A stretch of 62,889 nucleotides of DNA, counting the filler, from Sphacelaria rigidula (taxonomy: Eukaryota): assembly GCA_964200075.2 (NCBI GenBank). It is 3 parts of 3 records of this genome, joined end to end, with 100 filler letters (N's around TTAATTAATTAA, not from the genome) between each part and the next. Parts side by side here need not be neighbours in the genome. Positions count along the whole stretch, not along the records: positions 1 to 20,908 come from CAXNAA020000480.1; positions 21,009 to 41,901 come from CAXNAA020000482.1; 1 more part is not named here. One strand, 5' to 3'. The notes under the pieces are model-generated. The model did not search any database. It was not told the origin of the DNA and was given only the letters and a program-made list of their open reading frames with translations. This document shows positions 12,201 through 22,299 of the stretch, in pieces (positions within the stretch are counted from its first letter, which is position 1; each line of letters begins with the position of its first letter). The translations under genes and the position numbers were made by a program.

Positions 12201-15081
12201 GGGGTAGGGGTAGGGGTAGGGGTAGGGGTAGGGTGGTAATGGAAATGTTTGGCGCTCAATACCAGTGTATGAACGTTTCTGTCGTAGTGAAGATCCCCAA
12301 ATATCTCAAGTTGAAGGGTCGGATGCATTACCCCCGTTGTACGTCTTGTCACCAACATGTATCATTATATTGGTCTTCACGTACATCTCTTTCTGGCATG
12401 GTCCATACAAGATAGCGTTGATCACGTGAAAACGGGTCGGTGATGACTGAAGTCACCCAGGGAAACGGATGAAAAAACGAATCCCGCCGCGCCGCATTGG
12501 TCAAACTGCCGCGTCATCGGCTAGGTCGGGAAGATTCTCAGCTTCGTATCTCAACAATAATGAATATATGTGTATCAATCCCGCAGCTGCAGAGTTTGCC
12601 CGAGGTCGGGGCCCTAATTTTGATGGAGATGAGATCCGGCGGAGTGAAGCTAGCGGTCGACGCAGGCTAGAAAGGCTGCATCCTCCCCGCGAGACCAAAA
12701 GAAAAGGCAAGTGCCATGACCGACGTGGCGAGGAAATATCGGAACAGATGTCTATTATGTGACCACGCCTGGATCCCTGGGGGATCGGCTACTGTACGAC
12801 AGTTAAAATTCATATATATTTATACACATATTGCTTGGCTTCCGTAGTGGAAAGGGTGAGAACATGAGTTGACGAAAACACCGCTAAAAATCGAGGGACC
12901 GAGCGCGAACGTAATGCTAAAGTGCAGATTGTCAGGGAGGTATCGTGGGAGAGATTAGTTTCCCTTTGACATTACGGAATTTTCTTGACCGAGGGGTGTT
13001 ACTCAAAATATGACGAAAATCGATGCACAAACGGCTTTCAGTGATATAAAACATGACTTAACCATCTAGCGACGAATGTGCGCCTAATACATGTACACAC
13101 AGGGTTAGTACTGTGACATGTCTTGGTCGTGACAACCTGTAGTAGTCATGATGGCGTCGCGAGTGTTGGCGTCCGTCACGCTGTCTATCTGGAGACCAAC
13201 TCCTATATTTAATGGCATACGGCGCGTTGGTGTATTCATGTAACTGTGTTTAAAGTATTCATGTAACTGTGTTTAAAGTATTGTACTAATTGTTTCCAAG
13301 AGCCATGCGCAATTCTGCTATTATCAGGTGAATGCGTCGACTAGCGATGTAGATATCTAGAATATGAGGAATATATCATACCTGTACGTAGCCTAGTATT
13401 TATGTTTCTATGTTCTCGGGTGGAAGCTTTGCAAAGATTCTCCTTCAAACTGCACTGTGTCAGCTAACGACATACGCACCAGATCGGTCAGCTTGATGGC
13501 CACGGTCCCGTACACCACGTTCATCACCTGGATCTGTACCGCGTTGGCCAAAGCCGGAATTATCTGAGAAAAGGAGATGCCCCACAACTCCAGCTTCTTC
13601 GCTTGATCTTCCTTGTAGGTGTAATGTTGTGGTTCGAACAAAAATCAACGAAAAGAAGAACCAAAGTGTGTTGTGGGACCCATCACGCCATCAACAAGGG
13701 GGAAACAGACACGAGCGAAAGCGAGCGCGGTCGATCAACGTATGTACAGATTTGCATCAATCACTGACAGAGACGGGTGCACGCTGCTCTGGTTCGGAGC
13801 ATTCAGCAGGCATAATAGCTTTTCTAACAGGGGTTCACCCCAACTAGCTGCGGGATGTTCACCGATATCTGTATCACGCTCCCCTGTCTAAATCATAATA
13901 TGTTTCGCCCGCCCTCCTGGGGGATGAATTTCGGGATGTCTGTAAGCAGCACACTCAGGGTAGGAACACAGATATAAATCGCCATCGGAATTATCCCCCG
14001 ACGCTTGTGCCGCCCGTGCCATCGGAGGCCAAAAGTAGTATGCAGTCGCCACCAGGTGACCACAGTGACTGTTTGGTTTTCATCACACTTTACATCCTCC
14101 CTCTTTCCTCACGACGAGTTCACGGTCTCAGGAGATCACCTCTATCTCTCCCTCGGTTCACACCTTACGTTGTGGTATCGCAGACGAGATCAGCACTCCC
14201 GCACCACTCCGACTCTCGTGAAGATCAAAAAAGGGGTTTTTCTTGTGTCGCCCTTGCGTCTACAACAACGGGAATCAGATATTTCTCAGAGAAAAGAGTC
14301 CAACGCATCTAGTGGAGTTTCAAGTCCGCATTTTTCCGCCCTGATCGGTTTGTTTCGGTTTTAAGAGTCACACCACCGGGCTGCGACATGTCTGTGCATT
14401 CATACAACTTTGAGGGGCGGACATCGTGGGTTAAAATTCGCGAACAGTATTCGCTAAAGGGAGGAAAGCTTGTTTGTTAGTATGGCTTCCGTCGTCCAAA
14501 ATCGCTAGGACGTACGCGAATCGACAAACATGATAAAATTCGATGAATTTCGAGGGCTGGCGGGAGCGTTTATCATCCAACGCCCGACAACGAAGCGCAA
14601 ACCAACATGCCGAGAGATAGGTTCAGTGATCCCTTCAGACTACGGTCTTGTCCGGAGGAGGGCTAGAAATACCATGAAAAAAAACTATGCCGTGACTGCC
14701 CCCCGGGATTGATGGTGTCGACCGTACCTTCATGAGCCAATACTTGAGCCAGAAAATGGAGCCCACGACGCCAATGACGACCAGAATAAGTCCCATAATT
14801 ACCGTCTGGCTGATGACCAAGCGCTTCCGACTCTCGTATGGGGGGAAATAATCTACGGGCTTGCCGTCGACCGTAGAGCTAGACCTGTATTCAAATTAAA
14901 GCAGGACGAAGGATGCCACGATGATTTCATGTTCAGATCGACATCTAGCTTGTCGGATTACGGCCCAATGTCTCAAGAACTTCGATGAGAAAAGGTACAC
15001 AAGGCGAAATTTCGGTGAGATCTCTTGGATGCAAGCGACTTCGATCCTGTTGCGTATAACTGCTAGGGGATATAGTGTCAG

Positions 15082-15133
<52 letters not shown>

Positions 15134-18100
15134 TGCAGTCGTACTATTATAGCAGCAGTGACGGATTTTGGGGACCGTTTTCAAGTTTTCCGTTTTCTGT
15201 ACTCAGAAATCGATGTTGCCCGGAAAGTTACCCCAAGAAACCTGTCGATTCAGACGGTAACAGGTATGCGGCCTAGGAATGTACATCGTAGGAGACGGCA
15301 CCTGAGGGAACGCACACTTCTCACCGTATCCCTTGGTATTGAGGCCTTGTTTGCTCCTGCTGTTCGAACCCCGTCATCCCCCACCGCATGGCGCATCGTG
15401 CCTGTTTCCGTTTCCAAAACTCGGTGAAGAGCCTGCTCGGGAACACAGACCGTCATTTATCCGGGACGGTAATAATCGGGACAATGCAAGAAAAATCGTT
15501 CAAATAGTGTCTTTCCGGTCGAACAGAACACACGACGCACTTCATACCTACGGCTGCGTGTCTGGATACTCGACCGCGCAAAAGTGGTTTGTTAGGGCAT
15601 TAACCGTGCAGAGGCTTACACAATTCTTGTCACTAGCGTAGTTACATACTACCGAGCGCCGAGGGAGGTAAGTATTATGGTAATGCAATGATGCTTTAAG
15701 ATAGCGCCAGGGTTCGGGCGGTTCGAGCTACACATATACAGCCGGGAACGGATACGCTTTTCGCGTTGTGATACGCCGTTTCAACGAGCTACCGAACATA
15801 ATTGCTCGAGCCATCCACTCCAGGCCTACTTCATGCGTGATGTCCTGCCTACCCTGGTGTTTTACCGTCTTTTTTAATATGTTTTGTCGTATTTTTACCC
15901 TTCCCCCCTCCCCTCCTCCTCGGGACGGGTCTACGGCGTCGAGGGCTTGATGAATCCTCTCCTCGACATGTTATGTCCTGTGGTATACTCTCGGTCATTG
16001 GAGGATGACTACTCCCACTCGTCGACATCGTTTCATCGAATCATGCTGCTCACTATCGTGGTCACGCTTTTAAACAACCGAAATCAGAGGGCCGGACACT
16101 TCTGTCCGAATCCAAACTTACAAATTACACTAACGCTTGCGTTGATGTGCTCACATTTTTGCACAACGGCAACAACAGGGTCAGACATTTCTGTCCGGAT
16201 TTGAGTCCGCAAAATACACCAACAGCTATGTTGATGGACAACTTTGACCACTGGGGCATAGCGGAAGTATCAAAACCTTCGAAATCAATGGTTTCGGTCC
16301 AGGGTTAATCTCATTAAGTTTATTCATCACATTTTATCAATACACCCAGGCATGTTTGGGGGCAGGCGAGTACACAAAAAGGTCCAGTATTAGAGTTATC
16401 CTAATGTGCGCACGTGTGTGTCTGTTTTCCGCGTACGCTGTCCACAACTCCGTCCATATTTTGTTTTTCGGAATTTCCCCACTTCAGGTGCAACAATCTC
16501 TGCCCATCCGGTGCCTTCCTGGCTCCGGGTGTGAGCCCAGACATATGCGTTTAGAGACTGTAGCCGCAGCTGCACATCTCTCAAGCTGTTGGTTCGATTG
16601 ACACAACGATCATATTTGAATGAGAATTCCGCAGAAGCACCGCTCCCTCCCTCCCCTCGAGTTGGAGCACAGTGCCGAAGGTTGCAACACACTAAGGTGT
16701 CCTTTCTGCGGCGAAATCTAGCGAGCGGGGTCCTCTCAACTGTTGCAGTGATTTCTCGACGTCCCTGCTCACGTTGTCCACAAGCCTATAAAGATGGAAA
16801 AAAGAGCGGATCCCATTCTGTTGTGGTCGCTATCGTTCAGGGCCACGTCGAGCCACGCCAAAATCCCCACGATGCTTGCAGGAATCAGCCTGCGAGGCGG
16901 CAACGACAGGGCGTTCGACACTTCGATATACCGTTGTGCACGCGCGAAATGTCAATGCGACTTGAAACAATACAACGCGGGGTACATACGGGCTTCTCGC
17001 TAAAGCGCTCTACCGCGGAGAGGCGACGACCTGCCCTTCAGTACGAACTATTGAGACGAAGGACACGTGACTCGTAGCCCGTGCCGAAGAAATTGTTGAA
17101 TCGAGCATCAAGCATCTAGCAGCGCGCACCACGTAGTGTAGTGCCCCAGCCAAAGGAAGTAGAGCCCAATCTTTTCCCCGAAGTAGTCTTTCACGTCATC
17201 CGTTGGCTCGTTCCACGGAGCCCGAATATACGTAAGCCACCTGTTCAGGCAGGCAGGCAGGCAGGCAGACAGGCAGGCAGGCAGGCAGGCAGGCGGGCAG
17301 GCAGGAACATGAAGAAATGAGACGCGGGTGAACTCAATCACCCTCTGCAGGGCATTTTGAGAAATCAAAGTGCTGCTCCGACGCCTGTCAAAAAATATTT
17401 GTTCAGGCCCGTGCTACACGAAGAGGTACATGCGTTCTTGCGAATCGAAAGTCAGTGATTGATTTCATCTTGTTTGTTCTCGTCAAGCTCAAGAGTCTTG
17501 GGAGATCTTGGGAACACTGCATGTAATCGTTAGGTCTACCGACCTTGGATACGCCAAAACGAATTTTGCATCCGTCAAATAGCTCCCCCGATTTCAATGC
17601 CCACACGTGATGCATTTCGAGGTGGATACTTATTGGGTTTCACGCAAAGTTGTCGATGTCTCCTCGAAGAATTGGCGGTTGAGAGTTTCTGCACAACAGG
17701 GCTGACTCTATGTAGCTGAATCATTACCCCTGCTTCCGGGACCTTGCTTCAATATGGCCTCCCACCTGAAGTTCGTGCAGCGGGGACATAGTGGACTTTT
17801 CCCTCGAAATCCGTAGGTTTCCTCAGTTTGAAGTGTATGTTAGTTCTATCTGCTATCGTTCTCCATTGTTTCAATCATTTCCCCCTTTTCTCGAGTTTCC
17901 GTCGCCAGTGTTTCCATTTCCGTTCATCTACCCTGGATACATCTATCTTGTGACCATGCAAAGGTTGGTGGCGGATGAGTAACTGCAGTGAATGAAAATC
18001 AGACAATCAAATAATCAATGGGTCCATCATCGCCGTGCGGTACTGCTAGCTGCTCCTGTTCCCTCGTGTGCCTCTGATATCTTACTGCGGCACCGCGAAG

Positions 18101-20327
18101 AACTCACTCGACCTGCAGGGCCCGAAGCTCAATTTTGTCGTGCAGCGGGAAAAATCCCAGCAGGCACTTCGACTTGAGCAATCGCAGTATGTCGAGATTG
18201 CAGCCCATGTCGCCTCTTTTGGCCACCAAGATACCGTACAACAACTTCAGCCGATCCGCCCCTCGGAACGGAATCCTTCGTGTCCCTTCCCCACCGCCAT
18301 ACTTCTTGTACAAGGCATCCAGCTCTGGGCGATCAATTGTGTACTGTCCAGCGGGGGAGGGGGGAGAGGGAGGTGAACATAGAAGACATACTCGCCTCAA
18401 GAATGATAGATATTTGTCTCAAAATCGCTACGTAAATCCTCGCACTTGACTATTTAGCAACATTTTGTATTCGCCCTGCCGCCGTCCCCGTCAAATCACT
18501 GTTCAACACCGCTCATCCCGTAAACGCAGTCCCACCACATCGCATGAAACCACGCGTGAGGTCATGGGGCAATGCCGTGTTGTCCCCTTCCAGGAACTGA
18601 CCTCCCCCTCCGGTCAATCCACACCCACCCGCTTGCTAGCTTGACACAACTGAAGGCGCTCGGAGGCATGGCAGCCTTGGCAGACCCGATTCCAGAGTGC
18701 ACAATTGCATGGAAATAAAAACGTTTCTAGCGAGTTTTTGAAGCTGAAGGTCACCTAAGACCAGCCCAAGTGCGGCGTCCTTGTTGCCGAGTAGAGCTAC
18801 GACAAGCCGGTCGCAAGAGGGTTGCTGAACCTCCGAAATAGTCCACGGAGCTGTGAGGTGTGTACGATGTATCACGTTACAGACGCCTATGTATCTAACT
18901 TTCTAGTGGTCTTGACGGAGTGTTCATTTGTAGAATGTGTCCATGTGTGTGTTCGTTCTCGGAGCGAGGATTGGAGGGCTTATAAACATATCGACATATT
19001 TAGCGAGTCTTCGGCTGATGCGTACATACGAATCATTATATCTACTAAAAGGCCTGACGTGCGTTTCGGTGGGTTTCGCGGTATATTTAGTGTAGTTGCT
19101 CGACCATATGCTATTGAAAAGGACAAGAGGGTTTTGATGGCGTAAACATATCTTGCTCATACGCTAAGGAGTAAGAAACTGTCGATGCCTGGTCACGTTG
19201 TTGTCGGAAAAATGAAGAACTCCACAAACAGGATATTTCATCTCAACCGCTGGTCTTGGGGCATATAGCCTGAACCGAAAACCGGGTTTCTTGCGATTGG
19301 GTTGATATTGTACCTGAAAAGGTGCTGTACAATACATACAACGCGAAAATGGAATCCAAAAACCCACCGGCGCGTATATGTACTCGTATGCCTCGTATTG
19401 GGATTCGTTGTATTCATCTTGGATCACGATGGCCCCCCACTTTCCAGGCCGGCCGTGCTGACACGCCGTCCTCAGGCTGTTGGAATCGAACAATAGCTTG
19501 TGGTCAACTCGATCCTGAGCATTTCACACGCGGTGGAGGTGTCGCGATTGGTTATGCCTCTACTACAAGGGCGGAGAACGTTCTTTACAAGCTTAGCAGA
19601 AAGTTCTGTGAAGCAAGATGCTTGTTTATCCTTTTTCAGGGCGGCACCAGACGCAAGTGTGATGCAGCGTGTATTCTTGGGGTCAACGTACGATTTACTA
19701 CTGATACCGGTGAACACTGCATACACCCGTCTATCACTCGAATGCATTTGCTTGGAACTACTACAGTATGCGAAATGAATATCGGCGGTCATAGTGCCAA
19801 GCCTGATAGAGCTTCACGCCCAGAATGTAATCATCACAGGTAGATTGCGCCTGAGATCGAAATGCGTTCAGTAAAACATTGTGGGGTCGGCACTCTTAGG
19901 CCCTTACATGAATCAACAAAGGGGTCGATCTCTCACAGCCGCGGAATAGTTGAAGATGTTGACGTTCCGCTGACGGGGATTGTGCGATACACCATAATAA
20001 TATAATCAAGTGCGAAATCATATTTTCTCGTCATACTTTCCTTCCCCCCCCGCCACCCTTTTTCTCTAAAGAAGTGTTCGAAAACATTATTCCCCACGTA
20101 GCGAGAACGTGGTTTTTCCATGTGCAAACGGTTTCGTGTATTTCGGTTCTGAACAGCAAAGCCGCATTCAGCAGGACGCTCGTGCCGGGGTGAGCGATGG
20201 CAGAAAGCGCGTTTGCCGAAATTAGTCCAGCGACTCACCGCCTCACGCTCGAGTCTTTCTAAAGGACACCTAATCTTGCAGTACACCTCGTCCCTCCGCG
20301 CGGAGTAGAACATGCGGGTCTCCAAAC
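264..20327 (-). CDS. Anoctamin/TMEM16 family protein (Ca2+-activated channel/scramblase), 15 exons recovered, 5' end missing
   Basis: GT-AG exons with consistent phases, in transcript order: 20239-20327, 19368-19514, 18108-18343, 17130-17240, 16773-16889, 15325-15432, 14728-14884, 13480-13611, 9932-10056, 7040-7145, 5784-5921, 2989-3093, 1691-1840, 1177-1302, 264-359 (TAA stop). Total 1943 nt, about 646 aa. Family motifs: [105 protein letters not shown]. Confidence 0.93.
3786..4034. mobile_element. MITE family A (about 250 bp), full-length copy
   Basis: Ends GATACTTTCTACGATACCCCC and GGGGGGGCTATCGCAGAAAGTGCC are imperfect inverted repeats. GCGT lies on both flanks. The interior recurs at 35418-35662, 35851-36116 and about 59460-59683. 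Confidence 0.8.
4280..4558 (-). mobile_element. tRNA-headed SINE-like repeat copy
   Basis: Aligns by eye with 14120-14387 and 61710-62016 (blocks GATCAACCCATCTCTCC...TCGCAGATTGG...CAACGCATC...CACCACCGGGGCG). B-box-like GGGTTCGAGTC on the - strand. Confidence 0.6.
5062..5130 (-). repeat. (CAAT)n-tailed retroposon 3' end
   Basis: A (TTGA)n run is followed by TATCTCACATTAGCTG. A partial second copy is at about 5356-5400 and an opposite-orientation copy at about 62830-62889 (CAGTTAGAGTGCGACAATCAATCAATCAA). Confidence 0.55.
5131..5355. repeat. A/C-rich low-complexity tract (AAC/AAAC-like units)
   Basis: Directly visible. It generates the spurious hydrophobic ORFs at 5095-5370. Confidence 0.85.
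7500..8725 (+). repeat. Degenerate minisatellite-containing repeat, two interrupted copies (about 7500-7710; 8040-8130 plus 8490-8725)
   Basis: Recurrent unit like GAGTATCTGGAGT(A/G)TCGA(C/T)TGCC. Both copies end in ...TACCCTATCCCCAAGCAT / ...TACCTTATCCTAAGCAT. Confidence 0.5.
8399..8490 (-). mobile_element. tRNA-derived SINE head (Pol III A and B boxes)
   Basis: The - strand reads GCCGGTCGCCCCAGTGGCTCAGTTG (A box)...GGGTTCGATTCCCGG (B box) then a T run, with no full cloverleaf. A decayed copy is at about 37600-37660. Confidence 0.65.
11002..11700. mobile_element. Non-autonomous foldback-type element with subterminal repeats
   Basis: Ends GTGCAACGTCC...GGGCGTTGCAC are inverted. The left arm carries repeated ATCCATCT(G/A)G and the right arm repeated C(C/T)AGATGG in inverted orientation. 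Confidence 0.6.
12176..12233 (+). repeat. (TAGGGG)n telomere-like, G-quadruplex-prone microsatellite
   Basis: GGTTAGGTATAGGGATAAGGA followed by about six TAGGGG units. Confidence 0.85.
14120..14387 (-). mobile_element. SINE-like repeat copy (family of 4280-4558)
   Basis: Shared blocks TCTCTCCCTCGG...GTATCGCAGA...CAGCACTCC...CAACGCATCT...CACCACCGGG. Confidence 0.5.
15083..15133. repeat. (AGT)17 microsatellite
   Basis: Perfect trinucleotide repeat in an anoctamin intron. Confidence 0.95.
17246..17305. repeat. (CAGG/CCTG)n microsatellite abutting an anoctamin 3' splice site
   Basis: About 15 near-perfect units ending 5 nt before exon 17130-17240 on the - strand. Confidence 0.9.
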
Positions 20328-20843
20328 CTGTGCATCAACGAAAAGAGCAGCGGCAGCCACCGAGTCCGCTCTCGTGATGAAAGTTTCTTGTTTTGGATGA
20401 GCCTTTGAAGGGCGTTTTATGAGGCTGCTGGCTGCAGACAACCTTCGGACGAACTCAACACTTTTCATCCTGCGAACACGCTCTGAACCCTCCGGCTGTG
20501 AAGTCTATGCGGACGTTCCTGCCAACGTACTTGCATACTGAAATCAAGTTGCGAAAGAACAGCGCTGGTACAGTAAATGGCTTTTACAGAATACTATATA
20601 CGTTGCAGTTGAAGAATTACACGCGTCGGACAGCTCAACTCAGGTTAACACGAGTTGATAATTTTCCGCTGAACTCACCTGTGAGTTATGGCAACATAAC
20701 CCAGTGGTGCACGTTTTGATCGGGTGAGTTACACAGCATAAATCAGCGATGCAAAATCTGACTGGGTGACTTATACTGCATAACACAGCGGTAGACATTC
20801 TGGCCGGGTGGGTTGTAGAAAACAACTCAGCCGTGCACAGTCT

Positions 20844-20908
20844 GGTGTACTCATGATCATGCATGCCATAGTCATCAGACCATTGACCTCGCATCCCTAC
20901 AAAGCCGG
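20844..20908 (-). repeat. Young dispersed repeat (64/65 nt identical to 44389-44453, inverted)
   Basis: CCGGCTTTGTAGGGATGCGAGGTCAATGGTCT(G/C)ATGACTATGGCATGCATGATCATGAGTACACC occurs at both sites. This copy terminates contig 1. Confidence 0.9.
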
Positions 20909-21008
20909 NNNNNNNNNNNNNNNNNNNNNNNNNNNNNNNNNNNNNNNNNNNNTTAATTAATTAANNNNNNNNNNNNNNNNNNNNNNNNNNNNNNNNNNNN
21001 NNNNNNNN
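20909..21008. other. Assembly gap linker (44 N + TTAATTAATTAA + 44 N)
   Basis: Exactly 100 nt with a six-frame-stop spacer at 20953-20964. Confidence 0.98.
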
Positions 21009-21020
21009 TCTCTGTGTTAC

Positions 21021-22190
21021 TTGTGTTCTTCTGTGTGCGGGTCTTTTCTTGCTGTCGTGGCGTTGTCGGGGGGGGGGGGGGGGGGGGGGGGGTTATCTAT
21101 TGTCGTTGCGGATGTTGGCGAGCGAGAAAGAGGAACAGCGTTGGCAGTTAGGGGACCTGTCGGGCACATAACTCGACATGTGTTGAGAACATCCTCTTTT
21201 GGGCGAGAATCGCTTCTTGTTTTCTCTCCGATTTCAGGCGACATAATCGAACCCAAATGGTTATTGTTCGAAGAGGTGCAAAACGCTAATCCATCAACAT
21301 TGAAATTCGTATTGTGGAAAGGCTCTTCAATACATATTGTTTTCTCAAAATCGTGCAGGTCAAGGCACTCCTTCTCCTATCGCCTACTTCAAGGGTCTGC
21401 AGGTGAGGGTAAAACGCGTGTGAGCATGTGCGGCAGCGCAGTTTTGGGGCCTGAATCGCGTGAAGAGCATATTTTTTCAAGGGTCATTTGTGCCGTGCCG
21501 CAAAAAAAGGAAGTAGGCCGCATAATTTCCGCCGTAGGCGACAAACGTTGTGCGGATGTACCTTTTACCGGCAGGAGAAAAATGAATTGGGGCTGTTTGT
21601 TATATCAAGTGGTTTGCCCAAAAGGCACCATGCAGGCATTTGTAGATGTGTACTATGGGCAAAAAAGAACCATATTAACTCACATGTCGATCACTCTCCA
21701 CGGGTTTCTTGACGAAAAGGCCTCTATGTTTCATTGTGTACATGCTGATACATATAACACTCTAATCAATAGGTTAAAACGCAAGTGTTGCAACTCATAT
21801 ATTGATCGAGATCGACATATCTTTACGGGAAAAGAGTACATTTCGCCTTCGGGCCCCCTGCGGGGAGCGCACATGGTGGCTCTGAACTTTTTCCAACCCT
21901 GCTGCAGGTACTCCAGCAGCAAGCAGTACGCCAGTCTTGCGCCAGGAACAAACATTTTTCGGGACAAAAACCGCCCCCTTTTCACTCAGTTGCGCACTGT
22001 TGCAACGCACAACCTTAAATTCAGTGAAATGGCCTTGTTGATTATAGCTGACGTGACATGCAGCCAAAGTTTCAGCGTTGCAACGCTCGACAGCCTGCAT
22101 GTGGTCGTGCCTCCTAAACGCAGCAACTCTACAGGCGATATACAGATGAGCTTTGTGCAGATCGTCATTATGCAAAGGATTTCCCAGTAG
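21021..22190 (+). CDS. Orphan 389-codon ORF, putative divergent P-loop NTPase/SF2-helicase-like protein
   Basis: Longest ORF in the window. Walker A LLQGSAGEGKT (GSAGEGKT at 21393-21416) is followed in order by RVICAVPQKK, HADTYNTLINRL and YIDRDRH, loosely resembling SF2 motifs Ia, Ib and II. There is no ATG before the P-loop; possible acceptor CTTCTTGTTTTCTCTCCGATTTCAG ends at 21237. Confidence 0.45.
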   Translation: MCSSVCGSFLAVVALSGGGGGGGGLSIVVADVGERERGTALAVRGPVGHITRHVLRTSSFGRESLLVFSPISGDIIEPKWLLFEEVQNANPSTLKFVLWKGSSIHIVFSKSCRSRHSFSYRLLQGSAGEGKTRVSMCGSAVLGPESREEHIFSRVICAVPQKKEVGRIISAVGDKRCADVPFTGRRKMNWGCLLYQVVCPKGTMQAFVDVYYGQKRTILTHMSITLHGFLDEKASMFHCVHADTYNTLINRLKRKCCNSYIDRDRHIFTGKEYISPSGPLRGAHMVALNFFQPCCRYSSSKQYASLAPGTNIFRDKNRPLFTQLRTVATHNLKFSEMALLIIADVTCSQSFSVATLDSLHVVVPPKRSNSTGDIQMSFVQIVIMQRISQ

Positions 22191-22299
22191 AGATCGATGT
22201 TGTTTGCCACTTTTAGAGAGAAAGGCACTTGGTCGGGGCCTGATGTGATTTCGGTGGTTGTTTAAGCATTTTATAATCATTATGGCGTGCAGTGTATCC

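Noticed and set aside
13232-13281. 23-bp tandem duplication GTATTCATGTAACTGTGTTTAAA
   Set aside because: Simple local slippage duplication with no further structure.
14921-15427. 168-aa poly-Ser ORF
   Set aside because: Made from the (AGT)n microsatellite plus the antisense strand of an anoctamin exon.
20953-20964. TTAATTAATTAA palindrome (also at 41946-41957)
   Set aside because: Artificial six-frame-stop linker inside N runs, not biological.
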